Shown in pieces: positions 26,879 to 41,120 of a stretch of DNA of 64,000 nucleotides. The translations under genes and the position numbers were made by a program. The DNA comes from Nymphaea colorata (taxonomy: Eukaryota): assembly GCF_008831285.2 (NCBI RefSeq), contig NC_045138.2, forward strand, positions 8,370,001 to 8,434,000, read 5' to 3'. The notes below the pieces were generated by a model that saw only the letters and a list, made by a program, of their open reading frames with translations, was not told the origin of the DNA and did not search any database. The stretch's first letter is position 1. Each line of letters opens with the position of its first letter.

Positions 26879-29800
26879 TCATACTTTCAGAAGATCACAA
26901 CAGTTCTCAGCTGCTGTGATCCGATTGCATGGGATCCCATTAACTTGGCCACCATCTCTAGTATTGAAGAGGGGGCCAAAAGCGACAGGGTACATATGCT
27001 CAACCTGAAAATGATTTGCATCTTCATGCGAGTACCCATTGGTCATCTCTGCAGTAGATAGATTCAATCTAAAGTGCACCTCTGTAGATTTCAATTTCCC
27101 ATTAGCAGTAAGTGAACTATCAGAATTTGGCGACCTTCCAGCCTGAGACAATTTGCTCCCTTTTAAGATCTCCATTCCATTCCTACAGTCTGTTTGCTCT
27201 GCCTTTTTGGTGTTCAGGAAGCGCCCACCACACCCTCTTGCACGCCGCATTGCATGAAGATGGCGTGATTCATGTAGATATGGCTGTTGAAAAGCAAAAA
27301 AAGGCACTGAAATTGAAGTTCCAAAGAGTATTATGCCATGGAAACTCCACATTTCATTTGTATATTTCTCACTAAAAGAAAAAGCTCGCTAAGGGTGTAG
27401 ACATATGTACACAACCAATCTTTGAATCCCAGATTCATGGACTTCTTCTACCTACTGAAACTATTTCTAGATAGCCAGAGCAGTGTAAGCAGCATTGAGG
27501 ATGAAGTTGCAATTTCTTCTGAAGAAGCTGAAGGTTTCTGTTTCCTCTTTGAATAGAAAAAACAATCAACATAGTGCATTCTTTTGTCATCACAGTGTTC
27601 ACCAGGTATGACGGACCTTCTTTGCTGGAAAAACAGAACTGCTTTCCAGTTTCTTATGATGACATGACATTAAACAGAACAGTTAACTTGAAAGTCATGG
27701 TTAAACAAAAAGGTAAAGAAAACAACATCCAAGCAGTAAAATAGTGCATGCTGGGTGCCTTGGGAGTTGGGAGTAAAAATATATTAAGTAAAAATATATT
27801 AAATAGGTCCATACCTTGCGAGCTTTTATCAGCTTATTCTCTGATGCTGCCTTTGCTCGTGATAGTCTACGTCGAAGAATTCCATGGTATTGCTTAGCAT
27901 TAACATAGACTGGTTCATCTTTCGTCATATGTAGTGGCAATAACAGTCTGCCATGCTTCATTGATGGAAAAAAGAATAAATTCATTGAGGGGAAGAAGGA
28001 ATAAATACTAGTCAGATACTTGTTTGTAGAAAGGTTATGTGCAAAGGGTGCAAAAAAAGCATTAAGTTACACCCATTTTTATAATGTCAAGTAGCAGTCA
28101 ATCTGGAGGACTCAGTAATATGAGAAGCAAGGTTCACAAATCATAAAATCTAAAAAGGATTACATAAGAAGCAAACCATTGCCTGAGCTCCATAAGCTGC
28201 AACTAAGCCATATTGCTGATCACCATAAGAACAGTTTGTGTATACCTAAAATGTTATCATTAACAAACAATAAATACCCCTTCTAATTGGGTAATTTTAA
28301 CAAAAAGATGGAAAAGGGAAATAAAGTGCTGCTGAAAAAGCGTGTTGAGAAATAAAATATCAAAATGGTAAGACGATAGAATTACCATTGGCTGGCCCAG
28401 TCCTAATTCAAAAGAAGGTTGCTCTTCAAAAGTAGATGAATAGATGGAAAGAGACCCATATTGTTGCTGATCTTTCTTAAGTTTTGTGGAATCGTTGCCA
28501 TCACCTGGGCAAAAGTCTTGCAGAAAACAGGAGCACATATAAGTAATAGACCAAAATGATAACAATTATACATAAAATTGACAACTAAGAAGCCAAAAGT
28601 GATGGTAAATTACCAAACTTATTAAAATTGCATGCAACACCAGTACATGCACTATGCTTGGATGAACATAGAAAATGCCTGGTACATGCAAGTGCAAAAG
28701 TTTGGGTGAAGACGTGTGATCACATATTCACCATCATGATGACAAACGTAAAGATTTCATTCACCAAAGGTCAAAACAAGCCATTTGTGTGGACTCATGC
28801 TACGTACCCATATGTTCCTTATTACCATCTCATTGAGCTCCATAAGCCTTTTTTCCCGTCCTTTCAAAGGCCATTCAATCATTCCTTCGTGTGGTAAAAA
28901 TTCCATGTCTCTCCCTTAAAAATGACCAAATACATCACAAAGGTGTATTCCTGGGTTGACTTGTAGTTCTAAAACTACCATAATGCACTGAGGGAACATC
29001 TGATGGTGATTCAAAATTTTATGCTTAAAGGAAAAAGGCTCTAAATGAGCAAATAGTTCATGTCTGGTTATGGCTTAGAACCATCCCACTGTCTTTTCTA
29101 CAATATTGAGAATTCAGAAGCGTGTTGTCTTGCCCAGTTACCAAACATGCACAAAAATGGAATTGGAACTCCAAATACCACAACAACTTTTAAACTAAAA
29201 ATTTTGCTGCTCTAGTAGTTCATAATCGATATGCTTTTAGAATCGTAAATTACAGTGATAATGCCCTATCACTGTCCTGGTTCTCTTTTCATTTATGTTT
29301 CAGGCATCAAGGACAAAAGGGAAGATGAAAGACCTTAACTATCTATCAGCTCAATTCAGGAATCCACCCCATTCATGTCTGGTTATGGCTTAGAACCATC
29401 CCACTGTCTTTTCTACAATATTGAGAATTCAGAAGCGTATTGTCTTGCTCAATTACCAAACATGCACAAAAATGGAATTGGAACTCCAAATATCACTTGC
29501 ATCTTTTAAACTAAAAATTTTTGCTGCACTACTAGTTCATAATCGATATGCTTTTAGAATCGTAAATTACAGTGATAATGCCCTATCACTGTCCTGGTTC
29601 TATTTTCAGTTGTGTGTTTCAGGTGTCAAGGACACAAGGGAAGATGAAAGAGCTTAACTATCTATCAGCTCAATTCAAGAATCCACCCCATTTTTGAATC
29701 AAGGGAATTAAAATGTCTTAATGTATTCATGACCCATTCAAACATTTTTATTATGCATCACTGTCAATCTTGCTAACAACAAACTAGTACACTCAGCCAC

Positions 29801-31781
29801 GGTATAATTACAAAGCTCTTATGTCATTGAAAAATTAGAATACAAAATGACTGCTGTACAATTTTGCTCCACCTCCATTGCTGTAATTAGTTGAACTAGC
29901 AAAAAAAGTGTCATAGACAATAAGTGTACAACTCCACAGCAACTCAGAGCCCCATACCTCCCCAGAAAGGAAGTTTTGATGAAGAAATAAGAGAGATCAT
30001 TTAAACTGCATTATGCAACATCATTGGGTAATTTGTAAAAACGAGAATAATCATTTCTAGGAGGGAAGTCCTTTTTTTATCAAATATGCAATGCTTAGCT
30101 CAGGCAGGTGTTAAATATGTTTGTTATCTCCTTTTGTGTGTGGTGTGTGTGTGTGTGTATAAGCAAGAAAGAGATGGACAGAGATCAAAATGTATTTTAC
30201 ATATACATTCAACAAGCTTGGTTTATATTTATATATATTTATTTTCTTGCACTCTTCTATTTTTCATTTGTTTCTTTATTTTTGTAGATTTTACCTTTTC
30301 TTGAATCATTTAAGAATCTGTTTTTAACTTTTTTTGGAAAGCTGGTTAAATGGCAGAACTGAGATATACTAGCTTCTCTTCATTTTGGGGTTTATAAGTA
30401 GAGGTCTATCCTCTTGCACAAATATGGCATGTATTCCCAATTCTGTTGTGATTTAATGAATTATTTACAGACCTGTTCTGTGAACATTTAGTGAAGTGGT
30501 TGTTTTTTGTGTGCTTGTGGCTCTTCTATCTTAGGCTTGTATGAACCTATTGTTGTGTATAGGTTCACTATGTATCTGTATGCTCTCTATACCATCTCAT
30601 TACATGGTAGAAGAGCAGAGACTGTGATTTGCATGAAAAGTCAGTGGCTGCTTTGGGAAGAGTAGTCATAGAAAGGTTCTTCTTTGAAGGAAGATTTTTC
30701 TTGCTCCCCATTGTGAGTTTCTCCACTTAGGAGTGCTTCTTTGGTCTCAAAAGCTTCATTGGAAGGTTAATAGAAGTTTCTTGTTAATTGTTGAATTTGA
30801 CACCATCTCTTTTCCCAAATTTTCTAACACCAATTATGTTACAGGGGCATCTACCATAGAGCATCACTTTAGTGGAAAAGTTCTTATTTGTCGATGGACC
30901 TGCAAATAGCCCAAACTTATAACTGCCAAAGAGATGAATGGAAAGACAATCGAGTTACTCGAACAAACCGTAGCTGATTATAAAAGCATGGAAAGCTTGG
31001 AAAATTGGTGACCATAAAGTCGAAGCAAAGTTGAGATAACTACTATTACCCAACTTTTTCAGTTTAAATTGGGACACAAAGCACGGATTTATCTTCGACA
31101 AATTCATAACATGAAAGATACTATACAAATGTAATCTTTAAGAAAGAATTATGAATATGCAACAATATAGATCAGTTAGAGAATATCTCGGAGCACTTAC
31201 TCAACTTTAGATGAGCTTGCTCTTTGTGAATTCAAATAGCATACATGATCCAAAAGAGAGTCCTTCTCATCAATAATTGGAAGAAAAAAAAAAGAGCTTC
31301 ATAAGTTTGTTATTGGCCTTAGGCCTGATTTAATGGGTCCAAAACCTTCAAACATCTTTAATTCATAAGTTATATATTCCAACTATTCAAGAACCTCTTG
31401 TTTGTCTTAGTATGGAAGAAAAATAGATTAATCAATTCCAAATGCTAAAAATGATAGTGATCTTGCTAAGTGACATGGATATGGCAATTTTGCTGCCATA
31501 CCCATTTCATGTTCATTTCAATGTTTTGTATATTATTTTTGGATATTAATTATCCAAAAGGAATTTCACCTGTTTTGCATTAATTTGTTATTTTTCTATG
31601 AAATTCTGCACACACATACATACATATGTACTTTGCCGTATTACCATATCCACAACCTTTAAAATTGCCATGTCCATACTCGCTTTTCCATACCAATACC
31701 TGTATCCATGTGACTTAGTGTTGTTATCAGACCTGGACCAAACTAAAAAGCATATACACTGCCTTACTTCAAGCAGTCATA

Positions 31782-31819
<38 letters not shown>

Positions 31820-32990
31820 GAGGTGAAATCCTCCAGCCATCCGCGTCTCCAGCCAACCATGTAAACACATGGCCCGATGCAGCACATTTGGTGGTATGCT
31901 ATGGGAGACCAGAAGAGTTCTCCATCCAAACCTGGATGGAGAAATACAGGAATTATATATATATATATGTTCTCAAGTCTTAAACTTTGTTGTGATAACA
32001 ATAGCGCAACAAACATTGCTAGTAAATTATGAATCACCCAGAACTGAGCACATTAAAATGGATTTCCCTATGTTTAAGAAGAATACTTGAGGACAACCAT
32101 CAATAAACCATTTGTATGTTTTGAATATTAGTTGGTCTTACCTCCTTTTGAAAGGAAGTTGCTTTTTTCTGTGGCATATCAGTGTATTTACAGCTATCTC
32201 TGGAGCACATGTTCGGTTTCGGCTTCAAGGAGGAAAATGGAGTGTTTAACAACACATCTATGCATAGTCAGCACTATCACCCCAATCATGGCTACTAATG
32301 AAGTAGGACTGGTAACTAGGATAGAATAGTAGGTGTAAAGTAAATTTCCCAATGTTTCCCGGTTACTCCAACATACTTTCCCATCATGAACCATATACAC
32401 AAGAGAGATCATATGCGCATGGGTCGGTAGTAGCAGAATCGTTTCATTATCAAGAATGAAGAACATTTCCCACCAAAGGATCGGTCTAATGATACCACTC
32501 ACTAGTAAATAGTGCAAAACTTCTTTCAGCTTTTGCCTTCACACAGCATTGGAAATGCAAACACATCATATAAGGAAAGGCACCTTCACACAGCCCTAGA
32601 TTTTTTTTACAACAATAGCAAGGTGAGGCTCGTGGTAAGACCCAAAAAATGACATGTTCTATGCTAAGGACAATCAGAGGAATTATAGATGCCTCTGATT
32701 GTATAAGTACATTCACCATCAACAGTTCTGATGTGGCCTCCCTCGGTGCTTCCGGAAGAGATGGATAGGCAGTTCTCATGATCAGTATGAATGGGGGCTT
32801 TTTTTTCTTTCTCAAAAAAACACTCATTTGCTCGTAGAATGCGACTGCTTCTTTTGCTGATCTGTGATCATGCCCCCTTTCTTCCAAGGATTTCACTGAA
32901 GCTTTGGTATCACTTTTTTTTTTCCACCTTAGCAAACTTTTTGTTTATACCCCAAGTTTGAGGAGGAATGCTAAATATATATTTTTCCCT

Positions 32991-33082
<92 letters not shown>

Positions 33083-34369
33083 CTATTTGTCTGTATATGT
33101 ATTTTACATAGAGACTGTCCATGCTTGATATATTTATGTAAACATATATTCTTTTGCTCTCATGTCCTTTCTTCTTCGCATTTTGTAGTTCTTATTTTTC
33201 TTTGTAAATTTTAATTTCAGTTTTTTTAAGCCAGTTATTGGCTGAATTTTGAGCTAACAGCTGAGTAGCTCCAATGGCTAGATTCTAACCGATGAGCTAT
33301 CTCAACAGCTAGATCCTTCTTCCCCTTGTGCATACACGTAGAAGTCAATCCTCTCCCACAAGTATGGCTTGCAATGCCAATTCTCTTCTGATCTAGAGAA
33401 TTATTTTCCGATCTTTTCTTTGAGAATTTATGAAGTGGGCAGCACGAAGTAGTTCTGCAGCTAGTTCATCTCCAAGCTCATCCTCAAACTTTTGAACTCA
33501 AGTTGGAAACTGAAGGGTCAAAATCGTCTCATATACATTGCATAACGAGTTGCCAAAGAATAAAAAATGAACTAAGAAGTAATCTCTTTCAGAATTTTTT
33601 TTACCAAAGTTCGTAGATAACAGATTTTTTATTTTTTATCATGAACAGCATGGATTAGGAAATTTAGAGACTGTCAAGATGAAAGGTTGTGATGGATGAG
33701 CATCCAAGTTCATATGGACAAGCAACTTTCAATAGAAAAATATGAGAAGAATGCAGACTGTAGGCGTTCATGCAAACAATCCCCTTGATCTGCATCCCAG
33801 ACCCTTTAGCACTATCCCCAAGTTACTCGGGTCAATAGAAATTAAATGATTCAACATCTTCACAAAGAGTGAATTCATCCACTGTTGGAAGTAGTAGAAA
33901 CATGAATTTGTGACACTGTAAGAAAGAAAAGTGTGGCTGGAACCCAAATTTCCAGGCTTCTTCCTGCATTTCTATTCATAACTATGTCACACAGGTGTAG
34001 GGAGCAAGTGCAGCTCAGGTATATATACATACACACACACATCTCTATTCATAAACTCTGTCGCACAGGTGTAGGGTGGGGATGCTGGTGCATATATATA
34101 TATATATATATAACACTAATTAACTATTTCACAGCCTTATTTGTCCACATTTTTTCTCTTTCACATTTTAGTCATCACCCATTGTTGTAACTTGTAAATA
34201 AGTTTTTATGCTAGGGTTACTTTAGCCAGATGAGAGCTCCTTTCGTCCCTTTCAAAGACCAGTTGTCCTTTAAAATATGAAAAAATGGTATTGTCTTAGA
34301 ATGACACCCCTTGTGGTCTCTAAGAGGGACTACAAGTCTACAAGCCCTTATCATCCCTTTTATAGATGG

Positions 34370-34420
<51 letters not shown>

Positions 34421-34594
34421 CTATCATGCAGGAATGAGAGGGAAAAATGGGAAGGGAAAAGGAAAGAGAGAGAGAGAAACGAGAGAGGGGAATGAGAGGA
34501 CAGGTGGGTTTTGCTGCTTGCTGTCAATGAACTCCCATTGCCAGTCAATGAAAAAGATTCCTCACCATCATCAGTCACTGGACTCCAAAAGTAG

Positions 34595-34635
<41 letters not shown>

Positions 34636-36707
34636 TGAGAAGGACACCTGTGCAAGTGTGCATGCAGTGAGGTAAGGTTTTTTTGTTTTAACAGTAAAGA
34701 AGGAGAGACGTGGGTGCAGTGCCTGTTTTGGCATGTCAGTGTTACATACTTAGTTGTCAAGGAGGCTAGGCATCCAAAAGTTGTTGCAATTTTGCTTAGG
34801 TATTTTTAATTCTAAACTGTTAGCTTTATGTTTTATGTGTTAAGTTAGCAAGTTAGGATTAGTCAAAATCAACTTATAAAACAGCAAAATAAAATGTTTA
34901 ATGCATTGAATTTAAACCAGATAGACTTCTCATTATAGAACTGAAACTGACCTCTAAACAATAAACAGAAAATAACCAAAATAATACCTACTTTGAAATC
35001 TGGTGCTCTCTAAACTGGACCTATGGTAGATGGCAACTGAATATGAACAAATTCGAAAGACAGTTAAAGACTCCTACACGACTCTGACTTAAGTTGTCTA
35101 ATGCATACATTAGCAGAAATCACACCTACAATCCTAACTCAATCAATTCAGGTAAAAGATAGACCTTGCAAGCAATTTAATTTCTGCACAAGTTGTAATT
35201 TTCTGAGATACTTATAGCAAAAATTCTATGTTTTCAACATAAATTTTGAAACCACTGGGTCAAATCAGACTCCCTGCAATAAAATTAAGTTAAACACTCA
35301 AGGGATAACAGGTCTTGGGAAGCAAACAAATCTAGTATCAGAGGCTAGTCACCTAAACTTCCAAATGGACTAGGTGCCAGCACACCTAGGTGCCAAACCC
35401 ACACCCCATGCCTAAGTGACAGGACTCAACCATTGGAAGCATGTAAAACAAGTATAAACACATTGATGTGATTAAGATAATCAAATATGCCAAAGGCATT
35501 CTGGACATAAAACAAAGTTAAAGTTTAAAAAGTGTACTGCTAAATTTGTATGTACAAGCTAGCCAAATGTAGGTTTTACAGTAGTAGCTTTGTCAAGCTG
35601 AGCACTGGCAAGTCCAAACATGCCAGACAAGAAATCTAAGACCGATAAGGGCTTAGCCACTTCTTGTACAGCATCAAAATTCAAAATTCTATGAAAACAT
35701 GTGATTGCTATAACTGGGGTTAGGTATTTGAGCATGCTATATAATTGATTTTCATTTGCAGGAAATTTGATCCAGGCAAACATTTTACCAGAGATTGCTA
35801 GTCAGCTCATACATGCGGCTGAATGGCGGAGAACAAGAATTGCAGATTAGGAAAGCACGGTTGAAGATGCAGACGCCGTGATGGGAGCTGATAATTTACT
35901 TGGATCAGACACAATTTGTTCTAGATAGAAAATGTAGACAACAGCACGTTAATGCTGAAAGGATGCTTCAATATGATGCGAAGATAACTTGGATGAATTT
36001 ATTAATAAAGGTTCAACTTGGGAGGTTCACTCATAGTGTGTTCATTGTTGGTCCTCAAGTTAGACCTAGTCCAGGGGCCCCATGCCAGTTCAGCTATGTA
36101 GAAGCTGAAAGCGATGAAGCCAGTAACGAGTTGAATGAGAAATATAAACAGACTCACCAATATTGTTCAAGGGTCTCTAATTTGGATAGCATCCAGGGCC
36201 ATCAGTTGGCTCTGCCATGCAAGAAAAAAAGAAGCATGACATAAAATTCTAAGGCAGTGGAAAGAAGTTTTAACAACAGACGGCACAACAATGAACAAGA
36301 AATGAAAACAGTAATAGCCTTTTTGGAGGTAATTCTACTGCGATAGCTTTGCTTGTCCCAATTTTGGTTCAGGAATGAAATATACCCACAAACATGGTAT
36401 AAGATAAAAGGAAAATTGATCTAGTACCAAGTAGTATAGAGCTTCTGGTAGCACTCAGGATGCTTTTCTCTGGGTTAAACTGAGCAGACCCATGCCTTGT
36501 GGCGTTTTGTATGGTCAGAGAGTTGCCTGATGATTCAGAATCTTCGCGAGGTTGGTCAGGGAATAAGCACTTGACCTGATTGAAGGATTCAAGGTTGCCA
36601 GTCTGAGAACCAAATGGAGTCCACCATGACAACAATGGCACTGCGGACAATTGTAGCACATCACTATGGGGAAGCCCTCCATGATTTCTGCTTAAGGTTG
36701 ATTGCAT
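26879..36707 (-). CDS. NF-YA: Nuclear transcription factor Y subunit A (HAP2/CBF-B), 337 aa
   Basis: Coding exons 36707-36428, 28504-28386, 28245-28177, 27955-27815, 27283-26879 join in frame (1014 nt). Contains the NF-YA core [22 protein letters not shown]...[27 protein letters not shown]. Confidence 0.95.
29057..29690. repeat. Tandem duplication, 2 x ~315 bp
   Basis: Copies start ttcatgtctggttatggcttagaacc at 29057 and 29372; both end aatccacccca. Confidence 0.95.
30900..31450 (+). mobile_element. Decayed Ty1/copia gag fragment in the large NF-YA intron
   Basis: Interrupted translation [54 protein letters not shown] resembles copia gag; many stops and frameshifts. Confidence 0.65.
32991..33079. 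repeat. Compound (CA)n(TA)n microsatellite in NF-YA intron
   Basis: Seen directly. Confidence 0.95.
34372..34419. repeat. (GA)n microsatellite in NF-YA intron
   Basis: Seen directly; further GA runs at about 31785-31815 and 34605-34632. Confidence 0.95.
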
Positions 36708-37640
36708 CTTAAAATGCTCTTGAAGAGGAATCACCGAAACAATTTGGAGTGCAGCCTTTAGCTAGGACTACCTAATTCACAAGATCCAAGGTCGACGTTA
36801 TTTGAAATAATTCTTTCAAGCAGGAAAAGAAAAAAGGAGAAAGACACATGTTTATGCATAGAGACCCACAACCATAATATCAGATAACTCAACAGGGAGG
36901 AAGCCTCGACTAGCTTAACATAAGAACTTCCAGACATCTCTTAAGATTCAACACAGCAGTCGTTATCTCTCATAAAATGAAGATTACAGAACTTCAATGA
37001 CCACCAAGAGCGGCAACGAAGTAACTTAGTACTGAATCAAGCAATGACAAGTGAATGGTCAGTCCAGGTCCCAACAATCACCATCACAGGTTGTAAATTC
37101 ATAGGAAAACAGAAACCGTCCGTTATAGCAGAGAGGATGGCTTTTCAACAAGTGGACATCGATTCTGAACACGACCCCTGAGAGAACAACCATCTAAACC
37201 AGAGATCATGGTAGGAACAAGTAAAAAGAGAGGGTAAAGGCAACCACACTGAAGCTGGCTCAGTACGGAAGGAAAAGAACAAGAAAAAGGGAGTCGACAA
37301 CTCCCTCTGATGTTCGAAAAGTTAACTTGGGCAGCCATGAAAAAAGGTAAAGAGCTTGACGGCACAAAGGCTTCCATTTCAACAACATAATCCATGAAAA
37401 ACAGGAGGAAGATAACTGACAAACCACACAGTGGTCGAGAAACAACCTGCAGAACAGCGAAGTGCAATCATTGCAGCCATGTCCCAGAGTTCAGTCCTCC
37501 CATCACAGAGAACCCTACCTCCAAAGCACCAGCAACCACCGGCAGAGAGAGAGGGAGAAAGAAAGAGAGAGAAGGGGTTACTTTAGCGGGGCCCAATCGG
37601 GTAAGAGCACTACGCAAGGCTGCAAGCATATTATATTAAC
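36708..37640 (-). promoter_or_regulatory. NF-YA 5' leader and core promoter, with probable leader intron and uORFs
   Basis: CT-rich leader about 37545-37575 (minus), TATA-like ttaatataat near 37630-37639, pyrimidine tract plus AG acceptor before 36812, candidate donors at 37446 and 37518, uATGs at 37503 and 37480. Confidence 0.6.
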
Positions 37641-40600
37641 ACCAAAGCACTGGTTTCTTTTCAATGACATGTTGCAGTTAAAATAAGCAGCCATTATTTG
37701 AGTGGGTGATCAGATGGAGGGTGGCCTCATGGACAAGTTGTGTCGCCCTCCATTGCGGCAGCGACCTCGAGGAGTCGTGCGTCAGCGAAGGTCAGGGAAA
37801 TTTTATTCATGGCGTCTGCTCTCCCCACCAAACATAAAATTAATGATCCAGAGCCAACCAACCTAACCGTTTACTCAAAGGACTTCTCTCCGTCTGGGTG
37901 TACGATGGTTCAGCCATTGACATTTCGGACTCGTGGAGATTTACAGGTTTGTCTCCATAATTTGGGTTCCTTGCAGCCGGACTCAAATCTCAAAAGCGAT
38001 TCTCAAATAGAATTAAGTTTCTTTACAGCCGGTTATCTGAATCGAATTAGCCACAGCTGATAAGTTCTGTTTGGATGGGGATTCTTAACAAATGTTGTTT
38101 TGTGAAAATCAGGTTCTCCAAAAACCAATTGGTGTGTTTTAGTGGCAAGTGCAACATAGAACCTTAAAAGAATAAAAGTATGACCTTGAGTATTTTACAC
38201 ATTTTTCCTAAGTAAAGCGCCATTTTGAAAATGTCATTTTGTCCAAACTGGGTTTTCTCATAAACCCAATTTCAACGGTCACTCAAACACGCTTTAAATG
38301 TCATTTTAAAAGGGAGGCGATTCTTCAATAATTTTTGAAAATAAAGCCTTTATCACACTAGTACATGCCTTTCAGGGGTTTTGTAATTTTGTTGGTACTT
38401 CATCAATAATATGGTCGGGGCCTAACCTTTTAGCAGGATTGCAGTGGAAGCATTTGAATTTTTTTTATGACATAACACAAACACTGGCTTAATCTAAAAC
38501 TTTTCATTTAATTACCTTTTAAATGAAAAAAATTCAAATTTTTGCCTCTATATCTTACTCCCAAGAGGGTGCATTGTGTTTTAAGAAAGAACCTGCTTTC
38601 TAACCTCAAGCTTCTTTTTTTTTTTGTAAAAAAATCATTTTAGAAGGGGTATTTGTTAAATATATTTTACCTCTAAAAGTTCTCTTAGAAAACCATGAAC
38701 CTAAGAGCTGAAACGTACTTCGTGTTTTTAAAAAAATGAAAGTTTATTAAACAATGAAAAAAAGTAAATTTTCCTTACCCGTCCTCACCTTATTATCTAT
38801 TTAAAAAATGTCTCACTTTCCTCCTTTGATCTTTGCGACTCCGTCTTCCCCTTTGTTCTTAGCAGGGCAAATTTGTCCTCGGCGCTATAATTAACCAAAA
38901 GTTCTCCGGTTGCCTGAAGAATACTTAAAGGCAATAATAGCAAGGTAAGTGTGACTTTGAAATTAAACTATAAAAAAACACGTACGAATTTCTTTTATAA
39001 TCATAACTACATAGATGCGATTCCTTTATAGGAAGTCTAAGAATCAACACAGATAATAAGTTCATTCACAAGATATTTTACAAAAAATCATTGGTCGAAA
39101 AGTTATCACCTGTAAGATTCTCCCCACACAAAGATGCCTTTTGTATCTTAAGAGTGAATGTTGTATATGTATCCATCGTGTAGCGCAACCTGCGATAGTC
39201 AATAGCTGGCATGCAGCCTATAATTGGTTCAATGCCCTTCACACCAACTAGAAGGAAGTGATGCACAAGTTAAGTTAAAGTGCAATGCGGCGCGCTTACA
39301 TATTTTTGGGTTTTGGGAGCAATAGAGGTGGAGATGCCTCCATGTCTTTTTTGTCTTAGGCTGTGTCTTAGGCTGTAAGATGAAATATTCATTATGTTCA
39401 CTTAAAAATGTTATATCTGTCCGATCAAATCCACTAAGAACAAACTTAATTTCTGCCCATGAAATAAAATTTAACTAAGCTGTGATGAAAAAAAAAGTAT
39501 TTTTTTCCCATAATAACCAAACAAGAGTTAACATTTTAATTGCCCATAATTATTGGGTTGCCAAAATATGAACATGCATGAAAAGTTGAAGAAAAGCAAA
39601 AGAGAGAGAGAGAGAGAGTGTGTGGGGGGTGAAAGCTTTAAAAAAGAAAGATAAAGTTTCAAAATGGATGATAAGACTTTTTTTTGTAGTTATTCTTAGG
39701 GTTGTACAAAGAGGTCAGTAGCTGAGGCTGCCACTAAAATGAAGCTTAACTCATGCAACGGCAAAATATGTTTTGGGGTCATCATAAAAACTACTTTGAG
39801 TTCAATTAAATTTTTTTCTTTCAAAAGAGTTTTTTTGGTACGAAACCCATGGTTGTACTATATATAATTGAAAAAAAACAAAGAGAAAAATCACAAAATT
39901 GTCTAACATTTGGGAAACAACAACTTACAATTTAACTTTTAAAAGTTAAAATAGACATTCAACTTTTGATAGAAATTCACAATTAGCAAATTAGCTGAAT
40001 TAATTTTTAAAGTAAAATAACAAAAAATGTTTCTTTTAAACACAAAGTATCTTTTGTCAGCCATGACTCATTATTTGAGGTATTTTTTATAATTTTATAT
40101 CAAAAATTAATATTTTTTAGTATGCATATCTTTGATAATTTATTTCGTAAAAATTGAGTGTCCATTTGTAAACGTTTAAAAAGTGGGTGGTGATTTGCCA
40201 TTTATTCTTAACAATGTTTTCGAAAATTTTTCAAAAAAAGAAAAGAACGTATACCATTTGGGTTAATGATCAAGCTTAACCAAGCCAAGCTCTAGCTTTC
40301 TAAACCTTGAGTCAGGCTGAACCGAAAATAGTTTCGAGCTCGAGCTGAGTCCACCATAACTGTAGCCCAGTTCGAGCTGGCTTAGCTTTGTTCAAACTCT
40401 GTTACAATATTATAAAACTAAATGAAGCCACTGAGAATACTCCCTTCTTCTTCTTCCTTCCTCGTGTTCCTCCTTCTTCCTTCCTTCCTGTTTGTTCCTC
40501 CTTCCTGTTTCTGCTTATATTTCCAATGTGAAGAAATTAGCTGCAACTTACATCTAGTCTCTTCATCTACCGATTTTTTCAGGCCATGTTCGTGTAAATA

Positions 40601-41120
40601 AGTTTTGGACATGTAGTCGATCACCTAAACCGGTCATTACAAATTACTTTAAAAATTCATTTTTTTTCACAAACATGATTTTTACAAAACGTCATTTTCA
40701 AATAGTGTCATCTAAGCACTGCTACTTAAAGGTTGTTTGGAAATAAAAATATTATGTGAATTGTTCATGAATCTACCCCAACGATTGGGTCAGGTTATCG
40801 AATGCTAGAACTATTGTTCTATGAATTTACTTCAATTTTTTGGGTAGACTGGCTACCCCTAATAGGCCATTTAGATGCAAAGTTGATTATACATGCCACT
40901 TCTTTTAATGTAATTTTATGCATCATTTTAAGTATGACGAAAAACTCATGATTAATACTAAAAGAAAGAAACTTTTTGTAGGGATAAAAACGAAAATCAC
41001 AAAAAAAAGATTTGAGAATTCAATAAATGTAAAATTTGTCAGTCCATAGGTGTATATCGTTATGACCAATATATCCCTTTAAGCAACAAAAAAGCATTTT
41101 TTTTTGTCCTGCTTGTAGTG

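Noticed and set aside
32194..32935. ORFs with faint retroelement resemblance ([17 protein letters not shown])
   Set aside because: No ordered RT motifs; too weak without BLASTX.
38863..38884. cagggcaaatttgtcctcggcg resembling a miR399 target or IPS1 mimic
   Set aside because: The seed-pairing half has a gap and mismatches; compatible with chance.
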